DNA of 64,000 nt from Armatimonadota bacterium (GTDB lineage Bacteria; Armatimonadota; HRBIN16), in contig OY781964.1 of assembly GCA_963677485.1 (NCBI GenBank), positions 2,208,001 to 2,272,000 on the forward strand, read 5' to 3'. Every line of letters starts with the position of its first letter. Position 1 is the stretch's first letter. Positions 19,741 to 28,144 of this stretch are shown here, one piece after another. The notes under the pieces are model-generated. The model was not told where the DNA came from. It was given only the letters and a program-made list of their open reading frames with translations, and did not search any database. A program made the position numbers and the translations under genes.

Positions 19741-19774
19741 GGGTGGTTGATAACCGGCATAAAACACGCATCGC

Positions 19775-21184
19775 ATGGAAGGAAACATGGTCATGAAAGC
19801 TACTCCAAAAACAGGGAGCAAGCCAATATCACCCGCGCTCGTAAATAAAAAGGAGCCGCTCTACCTGCTGTTCTGGGGTGACCTCAAGCAGGTGCCCGGC
19901 CTGGTGAAGTTGATCGGCACCCGGGGCGACGGTCATCACATGCTCGGATTCGGCCTGCCATGCCCCACCATGGACGCGGAGAAGCAGGTGCAAGAGTATA
20001 TCCGCCAGGCATTCGCAACCGCTCGCAGTCATAACATGGCGGTGATGCTGCACTTCGACTTCAATGTGGCCTGGGAGAACCGACCAGACCTTTGGAACTG
20101 GTTCGATTCCAACAAGCCCGGTTACAACCCTGGCAACCGGCAGAACGTGGAGTGGTATGGCTGGGATGGTCCGCCCTCGAAGACGCGATACCTGAACCAC
20201 GGCATCACAAAGCGTATGGCCCCGCCGATATGTTTCACCAGCAGGCGGGTTCGTCAGGAATGGGCGCGCCTGATACGAGAGGTGATCGCACCGAATTTGC
20301 GTCGGGAGATCGCCGCACTGAAGCGGGATGGCAAAGAGCATCTGTTCGCTGGCGTGCTGGCGGGTTCTGAGCCCATGATCGACAACTACATGAAGCCCGA
20401 CGCAGACACGGAGAGGCTGATGAAAGCCGACGGCACACCGAAGGGACGGCTGGGATATCGCGCGCTGATGAACCGCGGCTATAGCAAGCTCCATCCCCCG
20501 AAAGATTTGACAGCCGCACTCTGCACCATCGTAGAGGAGACCGTCGCCTTCTGGTGCCAGCAATTCGCTGATGCTGGTATTCCCATCGCGAAAATCTACC
20601 CCCATGTGGCACCTCAACTACCGTTGGAGATTACGGCTGCCCCAATCTCTGCGGCGTTCAACCGATGGTCACGTCCCGGCTGGACGACCTACGCGGTTGG
20701 GCAGTTAAATGATAGCTTCGAGCCGCTATACAGTGAGCTAAAGAAGCACGGTAATCCGCCCTGGGCAGGTGTCGAGGCCAACGCATGGTTTCACGAGTCG
20801 CTGGACTGGGAGACGTATATGGGCTGGCACTTCAACCACGGGGCAGTCTTAATGGCTGTCAACTGTGGTGCCACCGGTACGGAGCTGCCCACCCAGCTTC
20901 ACAAGTCGGCATTCGGGCCTGCGGCCATCGCAGCCTACCGAAAGTTCCTGCAGGGAGGGACGCTCAAGGAGAGGCGGATCTCCACCGACCGGTCGTTAAA
21001 GGCGAAGATGGCGATCCTGCAGGCAGGTTTTCAGTCATGGCAGCGGAGCGGGCGCGACCCGACACCGATCGTGAAAGAGGTGACGGAGCGTTTGCAGTTT
21101 TTTCTGAACCAGGGGAAGAAGGACGAAGCGGAAGCCGTCATCGACGCAGGGATCAGGAAGCTTGGGTTGAAAGCAGCGAAGTAA
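19775..21184 (+). CDS. Hypothetical protein, probable glycoside-hydrolase-like TIM barrel, paralog 1 (no signal peptide)
   Basis: Colinear paralog of 21206-22687 (RPDLWNWFD, NVEWYGWDGPP, LFAGVL.GSE); fold call is an inference. Confidence 0.7.
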   Translation: MEGNMVMKATPKTGSKPISPALVNKKEPLYLLFWGDLKQVPGLVKLIGTRGDGHHMLGFGLPCPTMDAEKQVQEYIRQAFATARSHNMAVMLHFDFNVAWENRPDLWNWFDSNKPGYNPGNRQNVEWYGWDGPPSKTRYLNHGITKRMAPPICFTSRRVRQEWARLIREVIAPNLRREIAALKRDGKEHLFAGVLAGSEPMIDNYMKPDADTERLMKADGTPKGRLGYRALMNRGYSKLHPPKDLTAALCTIVEETVAFWCQQFADAGIPIAKIYPHVAPQLPLEITAAPISAAFNRWSRPGWTTYAVGQLNDSFEPLYSELKKHGNPPWAGVEANAWFHESLDWETYMGWHFNHGAVLMAVNCGATGTELPTQLHKSAFGPAAIAAYRKFLQGGTLKERRISTDRSLKAKMAILQAGFQSWQRSGRDPTPIVKEVTERLQFFLNQGKKDEAEAVIDAGIRKLGLKAAK

Positions 21185-21205
21185 TGGAATCACAGGGAGC
21201 CAAAC

Positions 21206-22687
21206 ATGAAGAGGAAAACCGCATTGATCTTAGGGACCGTGCTGATCGTTGCTGTATTGGCAGTTGTTGCAATGAAAAATGAATCACCTCGGGCACTCCC
21301 AGTTGCTAATGTAAAGACAGCTACCGCGCTCGGAAGCCAAAAAGAACCCTCCTACCTGCTGTTTTGGCGAGCACCTGATCAAGTACCTGAACTCATCAAG
21401 TCTATCGGCACTCAAGGCGATGGCCGTCATCTACTCGGATTCGGCGTGCCATGCTCTACCTTCGAGCAGGAGATAAGTGTACCCGGGCAGATCCGTTTAA
21501 CATTCGCAACCGCACGAAAGTATAACATTGCGGTGATGGTACACTTTGATTTCCACGTGGCCTGGAAAAGCCGGCCTGACCTTTGGAACTGGTTCGACCC
21601 TAATAAGCCAGGCTACAATCCCGCCAACCAGCAGAATGTGGAGTGGTACGGCTGGGACGGCCCACCGGCGAAGACGCGCTATTTGAACTGGGGTGTCACG
21701 GAGCGTATGCCCCCGCCGATGTGTTTCACGAGTAAGCAGATCCGCCAAGAATGGACGCGCTTGATTCGGGAGGTGATCAGTCCTACCTTGAAGCAAGAGA
21801 TCGCCGCGCTGAAGCGGGAGGGCAAAGAGCGCCTGTTCGCTGGCGTGTTGGTGGGCTCCGAGCCGATGTTCGACAACTACATGAAGCCCGACCCTGAGAT
21901 GGAAAAGATGATGGCGGCCGACGGCACAGCGAAGGGTCGGCTTGGATACCGTTCGCTGATGAACCGCGGCTACAGCAAGGCCAATCTTCCGAAGAATATG
22001 ACAGAGACACTCGGATCGATCACTCAGGAGACCGTGGCCTTCTGGTGCAAGCAGTTCGCGGATGCCGGTATTCCCACTTCAAAACTCTACCCACATGTGG
22101 CACCTCAACTTCCTGAGCAGGAGACGGGGGCGCCCGTTTCGGCGGCTTTCAACAAATGGTCGCGTCCAGGCTGGTCGACTTACCCGGTTGGGGTGCTGGG
22201 TGATAGTTTCAAACCGCTGTATGTAGAGCTCCAAAAGCACGGCAATCCGCGGTGGGCCGGCGTGGAGTCCAACGCGTGGTTCCCCGGCGGATCTGTAGAT
22301 TGGGAGACCTATCTGGGTTGGCACTATAACCACGGTGCCGCTATCGTGGCGATCAACGTCGGAGCGACAGGCACCGAACTGCCTGACCGGCTATCAAAGG
22401 CCGCATTCAGTCCAGAGGCCATCAAGGCCTATCATAAGTTCCTGCAGGGAGGGACACTTAAGGAGACCGGACTGACCTCCAAACAACAAGGCGCCAGGCT
22501 GCAGAGCAAGATGAAGACACTGCAAGCAGGCTTCAAAGTTTGGCAATCCAGCGGGCGCGACCCGTCACCGATCGTGCAAGAGGTTACTAAGCACCTTCAA
22601 CCGTTGCTGCAAGAAGGCAAGATTGCGGAGGCCGAGGCGGTTATTGACGCGGCGATCAAGAAGCTTGGGGTGAAAGAGGCGAAGTGA
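21206..22687 (+). CDS. Hypothetical protein, probable glycoside-hydrolase-like TIM barrel, paralog 2 (with signal peptide or membrane anchor)
   Basis: N-terminal MKRKTALILGTVLIVAVLAVVA; SD GGAG; C-terminal helical GRDPSPI...AEAVID module. Confidence 0.75.
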   Translation: MKRKTALILGTVLIVAVLAVVAMKNESPRALPVANVKTATALGSQKEPSYLLFWRAPDQVPELIKSIGTQGDGRHLLGFGVPCSTFEQEISVPGQIRLTFATARKYNIAVMVHFDFHVAWKSRPDLWNWFDPNKPGYNPANQQNVEWYGWDGPPAKTRYLNWGVTERMPPPMCFTSKQIRQEWTRLIREVISPTLKQEIAALKREGKERLFAGVLVGSEPMFDNYMKPDPEMEKMMAADGTAKGRLGYRSLMNRGYSKANLPKNMTETLGSITQETVAFWCKQFADAGIPTSKLYPHVAPQLPEQETGAPVSAAFNKWSRPGWSTYPVGVLGDSFKPLYVELQKHGNPRWAGVESNAWFPGGSVDWETYLGWHYNHGAAIVAINVGATGTELPDRLSKAAFSPEAIKAYHKFLQGGTLKETGLTSKQQGARLQSKMKTLQAGFKVWQSSGRDPSPIVQEVTKHLQPLLQEGKIAEAEAVIDAAIKKLGVKEAK

Positions 22688-22691
22688 CAGT

Positions 22692-22760
22692 GGCTGCGGG
22701 CTGAAAGCGCAGGCGATGGCATGTGAATCATCCCTCGTCCCCGCGCCCTGAAGGACAGTC
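22692..22760. repeat. REP-like family F remnant
   Basis: cctcgtccccgcgccct(g/a)aaggaca shared with 30627-30651; gcgggctgaaagc is inverse to 30760-30775. Confidence 0.6.
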
Positions 22761-22890
22761 TACTACCCATAGTTATTGCATGGCCAGTAGGTCACCGATT
22801 CCGAGACATTTATGTCGTGGCGTGGTATGTACACGAGATCGCCATTGGCATCCGGGGCGGCGAAATGCCATCGCTGCCCCGGTGTTCGTT

Positions 22891-24498
22891 CTACTTCACT
22901 ACTGGCAGCACCAGCACACTGGGATGGGCAGCATTCAGCAAAATGCTGTTCGTGGCGACGATGGTCTTCGTCGCCTGCCAGGGCAGTTCGCCTGTGTTGG
23001 GGTTCACATCGAACCTCGGCGAGTTGCTGCTGCTGATGGCCAGCCGGATGCGGTGCCCCTTGTTGAATATCAGGCTGGTGGACCACAGGTCGACCTCCAC
23101 CTGCGCCGGCTTGCCCGGGGTGAGCAGCTCTGGCTTGGACAACGACTTCCGCACGCGGGCGCGGATGATGCCGTCGCAGACCAACATGCTGCGGCCGTCC
23201 GGGTAGACGTCGGTCAGCTTCGCGGTGAAGTCGGTGTCCTTCGCGGTGCTGGTGATCCACAGTTTGGCCTTGATGCGACCGGTGACCTCCAGAGGCTGCC
23301 TGAGCACATCGGTGCTGAACAGCAGCACATCGGGTCGGTTTTCAGATGGGCGCTGGTCCATCGGCCCCGCGGCGATGGTGAGGTTGCAGCCGCCGAGTGT
23401 CGGTACCGGGTTCTTTGGGTCGAACTGGTAGCTGAGCGGTTTGTGGCTCGATTTCGGCTTACTGGTGCTCAACAGCGATCCAGGCTGCAGATAGTAGGCT
23501 GTCTGCTGCGCCGGAACCGGCCAGGAATCGGCGATGCGCCACTCATTACCCGGTGCATTGGCCTCGCCTACTGCTCCCATGGTGTAGTATTGAACCGCGG
23601 GCACTGGAACCGCCGTTTTGATGCCTTTCAACTTATCATTTAGCCACTCGACACTGGCGATGATCGGGTTGACCTTAGCGGCATTCGGGAATGTAAACAC
23701 GCCGACTTTATCATAGCTTCCGTGGCTGAATGGTCCTAATATCAACCTCTGCTGGCCTCTGGCTCCTGGCCCACCCCGCTTCTGAAGCCCCTCAAAGGCG
23801 TCCAGGGTGCCTTGCTGGAAAGTGTCATACCATCCGCCGATATGCAGGCCGGGCACGTTGACGGTTGAGAACCGCTCCGCAAGGTTCATTTTTTCCCAGA
23901 ATCCATCGTAATATGGGTGGGCGTGCCAGATTGCCAGGTTGTCTGCATTGAACTGGCACATCTTCAGCCAGTTCACAATCTGTTCTTCTCGCATCGCACC
24001 GTTCTGGAAGGCACACTGGTTGTAGATGCTGGTTGGGGCCATGATGGCACAGATCGCGGTCAAGCCGGCCGGTTGGCTGCCCGCCATTTGGTATTGCGTG
24101 ATGGCGTTGGCGCTTCCGCCGAATGTGCCGATTTTGCCGTTGCACCACTTTTGCGACTTGACCCAGGCGACGCAGTCTGCCCCGTCCTGGTTGGTGTTCC
24201 AGCCGTCATCCACGAATATCTTCGAGAGGCCTTCGGATTTGTAGCGTCCGCGTGTGCTTTGGATCACCACCGCGTAGCCCTGCCCCACAAATCCCTCCGC
24301 ACCGTTGCGCTCGTATGGTGTGCGGATCAAGACCACAGGGAAGGGGCCGTCGCCTTTGGGAAGGTAGATGTCGGTGGCCAGTTTCGTGCCGTCACGCATG
24401 GGCAGCATCTCGGTGGTAAACGGCTCTGCTTTTGATGAGCAGCCGAATGTCAGCAGTATGGCGATGGCAGCACATAGCCGGATGAGTAGGGTGCGCAA
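22891..24498 (-). CDS. CocE/NonD family (peptidase S15) hydrolase
   Basis: PMRDGTKLATDIYLP, RTPY, RGRYKSEG, GGSANA, GGWYD, GPFSHG and a PepX_C-type C-terminus. Confidence 0.92.
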   Translation of the reverse strand: MRTLLIRLCAAIAILLTFGCSSKAEPFTTEMLPMRDGTKLATDIYLPKGDGPFPVVLIRTPYERNGAEGFVGQGYAVVIQSTRGRYKSEGLSKIFVDDGWNTNQDGADCVAWVKSQKWCNGKIGTFGGSANAITQYQMAGSQPAGLTAICAIMAPTSIYNQCAFQNGAMREEQIVNWLKMCQFNADNLAIWHAHPYYDGFWEKMNLAERFSTVNVPGLHIGGWYDTFQQGTLDAFEGLQKRGGPGARGQQRLILGPFSHGSYDKVGVFTFPNAAKVNPIIASVEWLNDKLKGIKTAVPVPAVQYYTMGAVGEANAPGNEWRIADSWPVPAQQTAYYLQPGSLLSTSKPKSSHKPLSYQFDPKNPVPTLGGCNLTIAAGPMDQRPSENRPDVLLFSTDVLRQPLEVTGRIKAKLWITSTAKDTDFTAKLTDVYPDGRSMLVCDGIIRARVRKSLSKPELLTPGKPAQVEVDLWSTSLIFNKGHRIRLAISSSNSPRFDVNPNTGELPWQATKTIVATNSILLNAAHPSVLVLPVVK

Positions 24499-24572
24499 AA
24501 TGGGCCTCCAGATGGGTGTGTTTTACGGATATCATACCCGCTCGCAGGGAGGGATGCAAGCAGGGGGGTAGC

Positions 24573-24933
24573 TCACGCGGAGACGCGGATGTTTTGCACC
24601 GGAAGGGATTGGTAATCCACAGATGACACAGATGGCACAGATTAGGTATCGACCGCGTCGGTTTTTAGTAGGCTCTTAATCGCCATGCAGCCCGTCTCCG
24701 GCGCGGTCTGGCGGATTGCCCTATCTAGTGGCCATCCGTGCCGCGGGTTTAGTCACCCCACGGGACTGGCGTCCCTGACGGGGTTCCTGCACCGCATGGC
24801 TGATCATTAGCGGCCGGCGTCGCTCCGCTCCGGCCGGCGCAAGGGAGGGCAGCCATCGCATCTTGAGTGCCTACATCCGGGGCGGGCTGACGGTACGCTA
24901 AAGGCGGTGGAAGGCCAAAGACCGCGCCGGTCT
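24573..24933. repeat. Composite repeat region: A-type unit (24573-24589), D-type triplet aatccacagatgacacagatggcacagatt (24614-24643) and degenerate E halves (about 24697-24724 and 24868-24933)
   Basis: Direct matches to 28109-28125 (inverted), 56998-57048 and 42731-42797. Confidence 0.75.
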
Positions 24934-25076
24934 TTCACACTCGGGCAACCCTCAACCATATGGACTTGTCGATTATGGGTTAGCCTGATTTAACCACCAT
25001 TCATGCGTATATAGCACCAATGGATGCCAGGGAGAACGATAGTTGAGTCATGTGTCATGTCATGACCATCTCACGA

Positions 25077-27941
25077 CTATAAAGTACCACCATCAAGTCT
25101 GAACCCATATTGGAACCCAATCTCATCTAAAATACACCGAATATCCTTTCGACTGAGCCCTTGTTGGACGAGGCATTTTGCGTAGTTTACAGTGATATCA
25201 CTAAGGTTTGGATGGGGTGACTTCATTGTCGCTGAAATCTTCATCAGTCCTACTAGTGCACGACGAAACAAAGGAGCAGCACTATTAAAATCGCCTATAT
25301 GGGCGAGAACTCCAGCCAAGTTGTTTACACTCACCAGTGTTTTTGGATGATCATTCCCTAAAACCTGCTCGCGAGTGTCCATCGCACGCTTATACAGCAC
25401 CTTCGCACCTTTGACATCGCCTTTCTTTTCGAGAATTCCTGCCAGGTTGTTCACACTACTTAGCGTGTCGGGATGATCCGATCCCAATACCCTCTCGCGA
25501 ATCTCCAACGTCTGATGGTGTAATAACTCCGCGTTAGCATCGTCACCGATACGTACAAGCACAAAAGCTAGGTTATTCATGGTGCTTAGTGTGTCGGAAT
25601 GCTCAAACCCCAGCACACGCTTGCGTACCTCAAGCACATTTTCGTATAGCTCCTTCGCGTTGTCTAAATCACCTTTACTATCTAGGATCCCTGCTATATT
25701 AAATGCAACCATCAACGTATCACGATGCTCTGGGCCAAATGCTTGTTCGCTGTATCCCATTGCACACCGGAATAACTGCTCTGCGTTATCGTAATCGCCT
25801 TTAGCCGCCATCAACTCAGCCATGTTGTTCATTGTCGTAATTGTGATGGGGTGTTCAGGTCCCAAGAGCCGATCGCTTGCCTCATATGCACGTTGGTAGA
25901 GGAGCTCAGCGCCTACCCAGTCACCAATTAAGTATAAGACCAAACCCAGATTGGTAACCTCAGTGATGGTTATTAGATCGTCGGCCCCGAGTATGGTTTC
26001 AAGAACCTCGATTTCTCTGCGCAATAGGTTTGCGGCATCATTATATTTGCCAATTTCCTTCCATTGCATGGCGACCTTTTTAGCTATCCATGGTCCATGA
26101 TCCCAAACCTTCTCATCTAACAATAAGTGGGCCAAGGCACTTAGAGGTTCGACTTCCCAACGGTTGTTTCCGGCAAGACTCTCTTCCTCCAGAAATGCAC
26201 ACCGTTCCCGAGCGAGTGTGGTCAGACAGTTTATATGATTCTCAGCATCGTGATCGTTGCTTCGTACCATTTCTCCTACCAGTCGGTGCATGCGCAGAAG
26301 GTTTGGCTCACTGGCCTCGCCGTCGACACGGCTGAACAGAGCCAGCCGCAGGAGCCTTTGCCAGAGTTCGCGCCATGGATCGGCTACGAGCCGCGTGGGC
26401 TGGAGTATTTCCGGGAAATCTTTACCAACCAATTCGCGTAACCATGGCAGCACCACGTACTCGGGAGGCAGGTGTGCAGCGTACTCGAGCAGGCGGTGTT
26501 CGATGGGTTTCAATTCCTGCAACACCGGGCCAAACACGGCACTCAACCGGCGTTCGTGGTTATGCCGGCGCAGTTCCACGTCCTCATCGCCTGCGATGTC
26601 TTCCAGGTCTTGCAACCCCAATCCATCGGCAAATACCACATAGTCTGAGCCGGGATGCGCAGCCAGATACGCAGCCACCAATTCTACCGCAAGCGTAAAG
26701 CCACCTAACCGTTTCACGATATGACCGGCCGCCACGCGATCCGCGTCATTGACTAAAGGTCGATGTTTTTCCAGCATGGACAGGGCGTCGAGATCGGGCA
26801 GTTCGCTCAAGGTAAGCCAATTACCACCGGTCGGCGGGAGCAAGCGCGTGGTGGCCAGCAGGTGAAGCTTTGGGCCGAGAGTGGTGAGGCAATCAATCTG
26901 CTGCGGGCTGACGAGGGCAGAGTCAGAGACATTGTCCAAGACAAGCAGGATGTGGCCCTTGTCGGCGAGGCGCGCAGCCAGACAGCGGGCTACGGCGGCA
27001 AAGTAAGTTTCCGTCGTCTTGCGTTCATCGTCGCTGATGTTCCGTTGGATATCGTGGAAATCACCGAGGCAGAGCACCGCTTGTTGCAAGCTCTCCTTGC
27101 CGTCGCACGGGATCAGGAACCGTCCGCCAGGATATGCGCTGGCAAAGGCGTGTGCGTAGGTGAGGGCCAACTCGGTCTTGCCGATACCACCTAGCCCATG
27201 CACGCCGCAGACCACTCCGGCCTGATCGTCTTTGAGGCGCTTTCTCAGTTCGAGTAATTCGTCAATTCGGCCGGAGAACATCTTGTTGTAGGGTGGAACG
27301 GTGGTTTCGCTTGTAGCCGCGGTAGAAACAAGTTGCGCGTGATGGTTCAGGTCTTGGGCTAGAGTGCTGAGCACGCGATGCAGGTCATCGCGGCGCAGTG
27401 CGTCAATCCCTTCGTCCGCGAAGGGTTTGGTAAAGTCCGTTAGAAGCTGGCGGCGGCGGACTTGTTTGACGACCGGAGCGGTGGAGGCAAGAAAGACCTC
27501 ATAGGGCGCAGGCACTCCGCACAGTTCGGCGACCTTTAGTGCGACGGCATTATCGTCCAACGCTCCTTTGCCTATAAAACCGGGCACTTCGACCAAATAG
27601 ACCGGGCGTACTCCTTCGGTGAGGATGTGCTTGGCGATTTCGGTGTCTATCCACGCCCGCCATTCGCGTCGACACCAATCGCTAGCGAAGTAGTTCGGTG
27701 AGATGAAGGCCAAGAACATCCGGGATTGGGCGATGCCATGAAGCAGGGTGTGTTCCCAATCGCGCCCCACCTCAATGTCTTTTTTGTCGAAGAACTCCTT
27801 CAGAGGGGGGAGGTCGGGGAAGAATTTGGCGTGTTCGGCCTTGAGTTCCTTGACGAACTCCGTGACCCAGCCAGTGGTATTGTCTGCTTTGGCGTAGGAG
27901 ACGAAAAAGTCGAATTTGTCAGTGTCTCTTGTTGTGGCCAT
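25077..27941 (-). CDS. TIR - NB-ARC/STAND ATPase - TPR protein (bacterial NLR-like, putative anti-phage)
   Basis: TIR: FFVSY...FFD..I..G..W...SPNYFASDWCRRE; Walker A GLGGIGKT; Walker B LLVLDN; MH.L winged-helix motif; about 42-aa LGxxHPxTL..xNNLA TPR repeats; start set at MATTRD with SD GGAG. Confidence 0.92.
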   Translation of the reverse strand: MATTRDTDKFDFFVSYAKADNTTGWVTEFVKELKAEHAKFFPDLPPLKEFFDKKDIEVGRDWEHTLLHGIAQSRMFLAFISPNYFASDWCRREWRAWIDTEIAKHILTEGVRPVYLVEVPGFIGKGALDDNAVALKVAELCGVPAPYEVFLASTAPVVKQVRRRQLLTDFTKPFADEGIDALRRDDLHRVLSTLAQDLNHHAQLVSTAATSETTVPPYNKMFSGRIDELLELRKRLKDDQAGVVCGVHGLGGIGKTELALTYAHAFASAYPGGRFLIPCDGKESLQQAVLCLGDFHDIQRNISDDERKTTETYFAAVARCLAARLADKGHILLVLDNVSDSALVSPQQIDCLTTLGPKLHLLATTRLLPPTGGNWLTLSELPDLDALSMLEKHRPLVNDADRVAAGHIVKRLGGFTLAVELVAAYLAAHPGSDYVVFADGLGLQDLEDIAGDEDVELRRHNHERRLSAVFGPVLQELKPIEHRLLEYAAHLPPEYVVLPWLRELVGKDFPEILQPTRLVADPWRELWQRLLRLALFSRVDGEASEPNLLRMHRLVGEMVRSNDHDAENHINCLTTLARERCAFLEEESLAGNNRWEVEPLSALAHLLLDEKVWDHGPWIAKKVAMQWKEIGKYNDAANLLRREIEVLETILGADDLITITEVTNLGLVLYLIGDWVGAELLYQRAYEASDRLLGPEHPITITTMNNMAELMAAKGDYDNAEQLFRCAMGYSEQAFGPEHRDTLMVAFNIAGILDSKGDLDNAKELYENVLEVRKRVLGFEHSDTLSTMNNLAFVLVRIGDDANAELLHHQTLEIRERVLGSDHPDTLSSVNNLAGILEKKGDVKGAKVLYKRAMDTREQVLGNDHPKTLVSVNNLAGVLAHIGDFNSAAPLFRRALVGLMKISATMKSPHPNLSDITVNYAKCLVQQGLSRKDIRCILDEIGFQYGFRLDGGTL

Positions 27942-28095
27942 TCTCAGTTTACTCCGCAAACATTCGCGCTTAAGGATTGTAGGTTCTACCGTATGTTGAT
28001 CAATACAGGCCACTAGATATTGCTGATGTGTGGTCTCTGTGTCTGCATTATAGCACCCATATTACCGTTTCAACAACACGATATATTGCCCTTGA

Positions 28096-28127
28096 CCCCT
28101 CCGCGACCTCCGCGTCTCCGCGTGAAA
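28096..28127. repeat. A-type triplet unit cccctccgcgacctccgcgtctccgcgtgaaa
   Basis: Identical 32-bp copy at 31073-31104; 17-bp perfect inverted copy at 24573-24589. Confidence 0.9.
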
Positions 28128-28144
28128 ATCCCCGCCCTCCCCCG

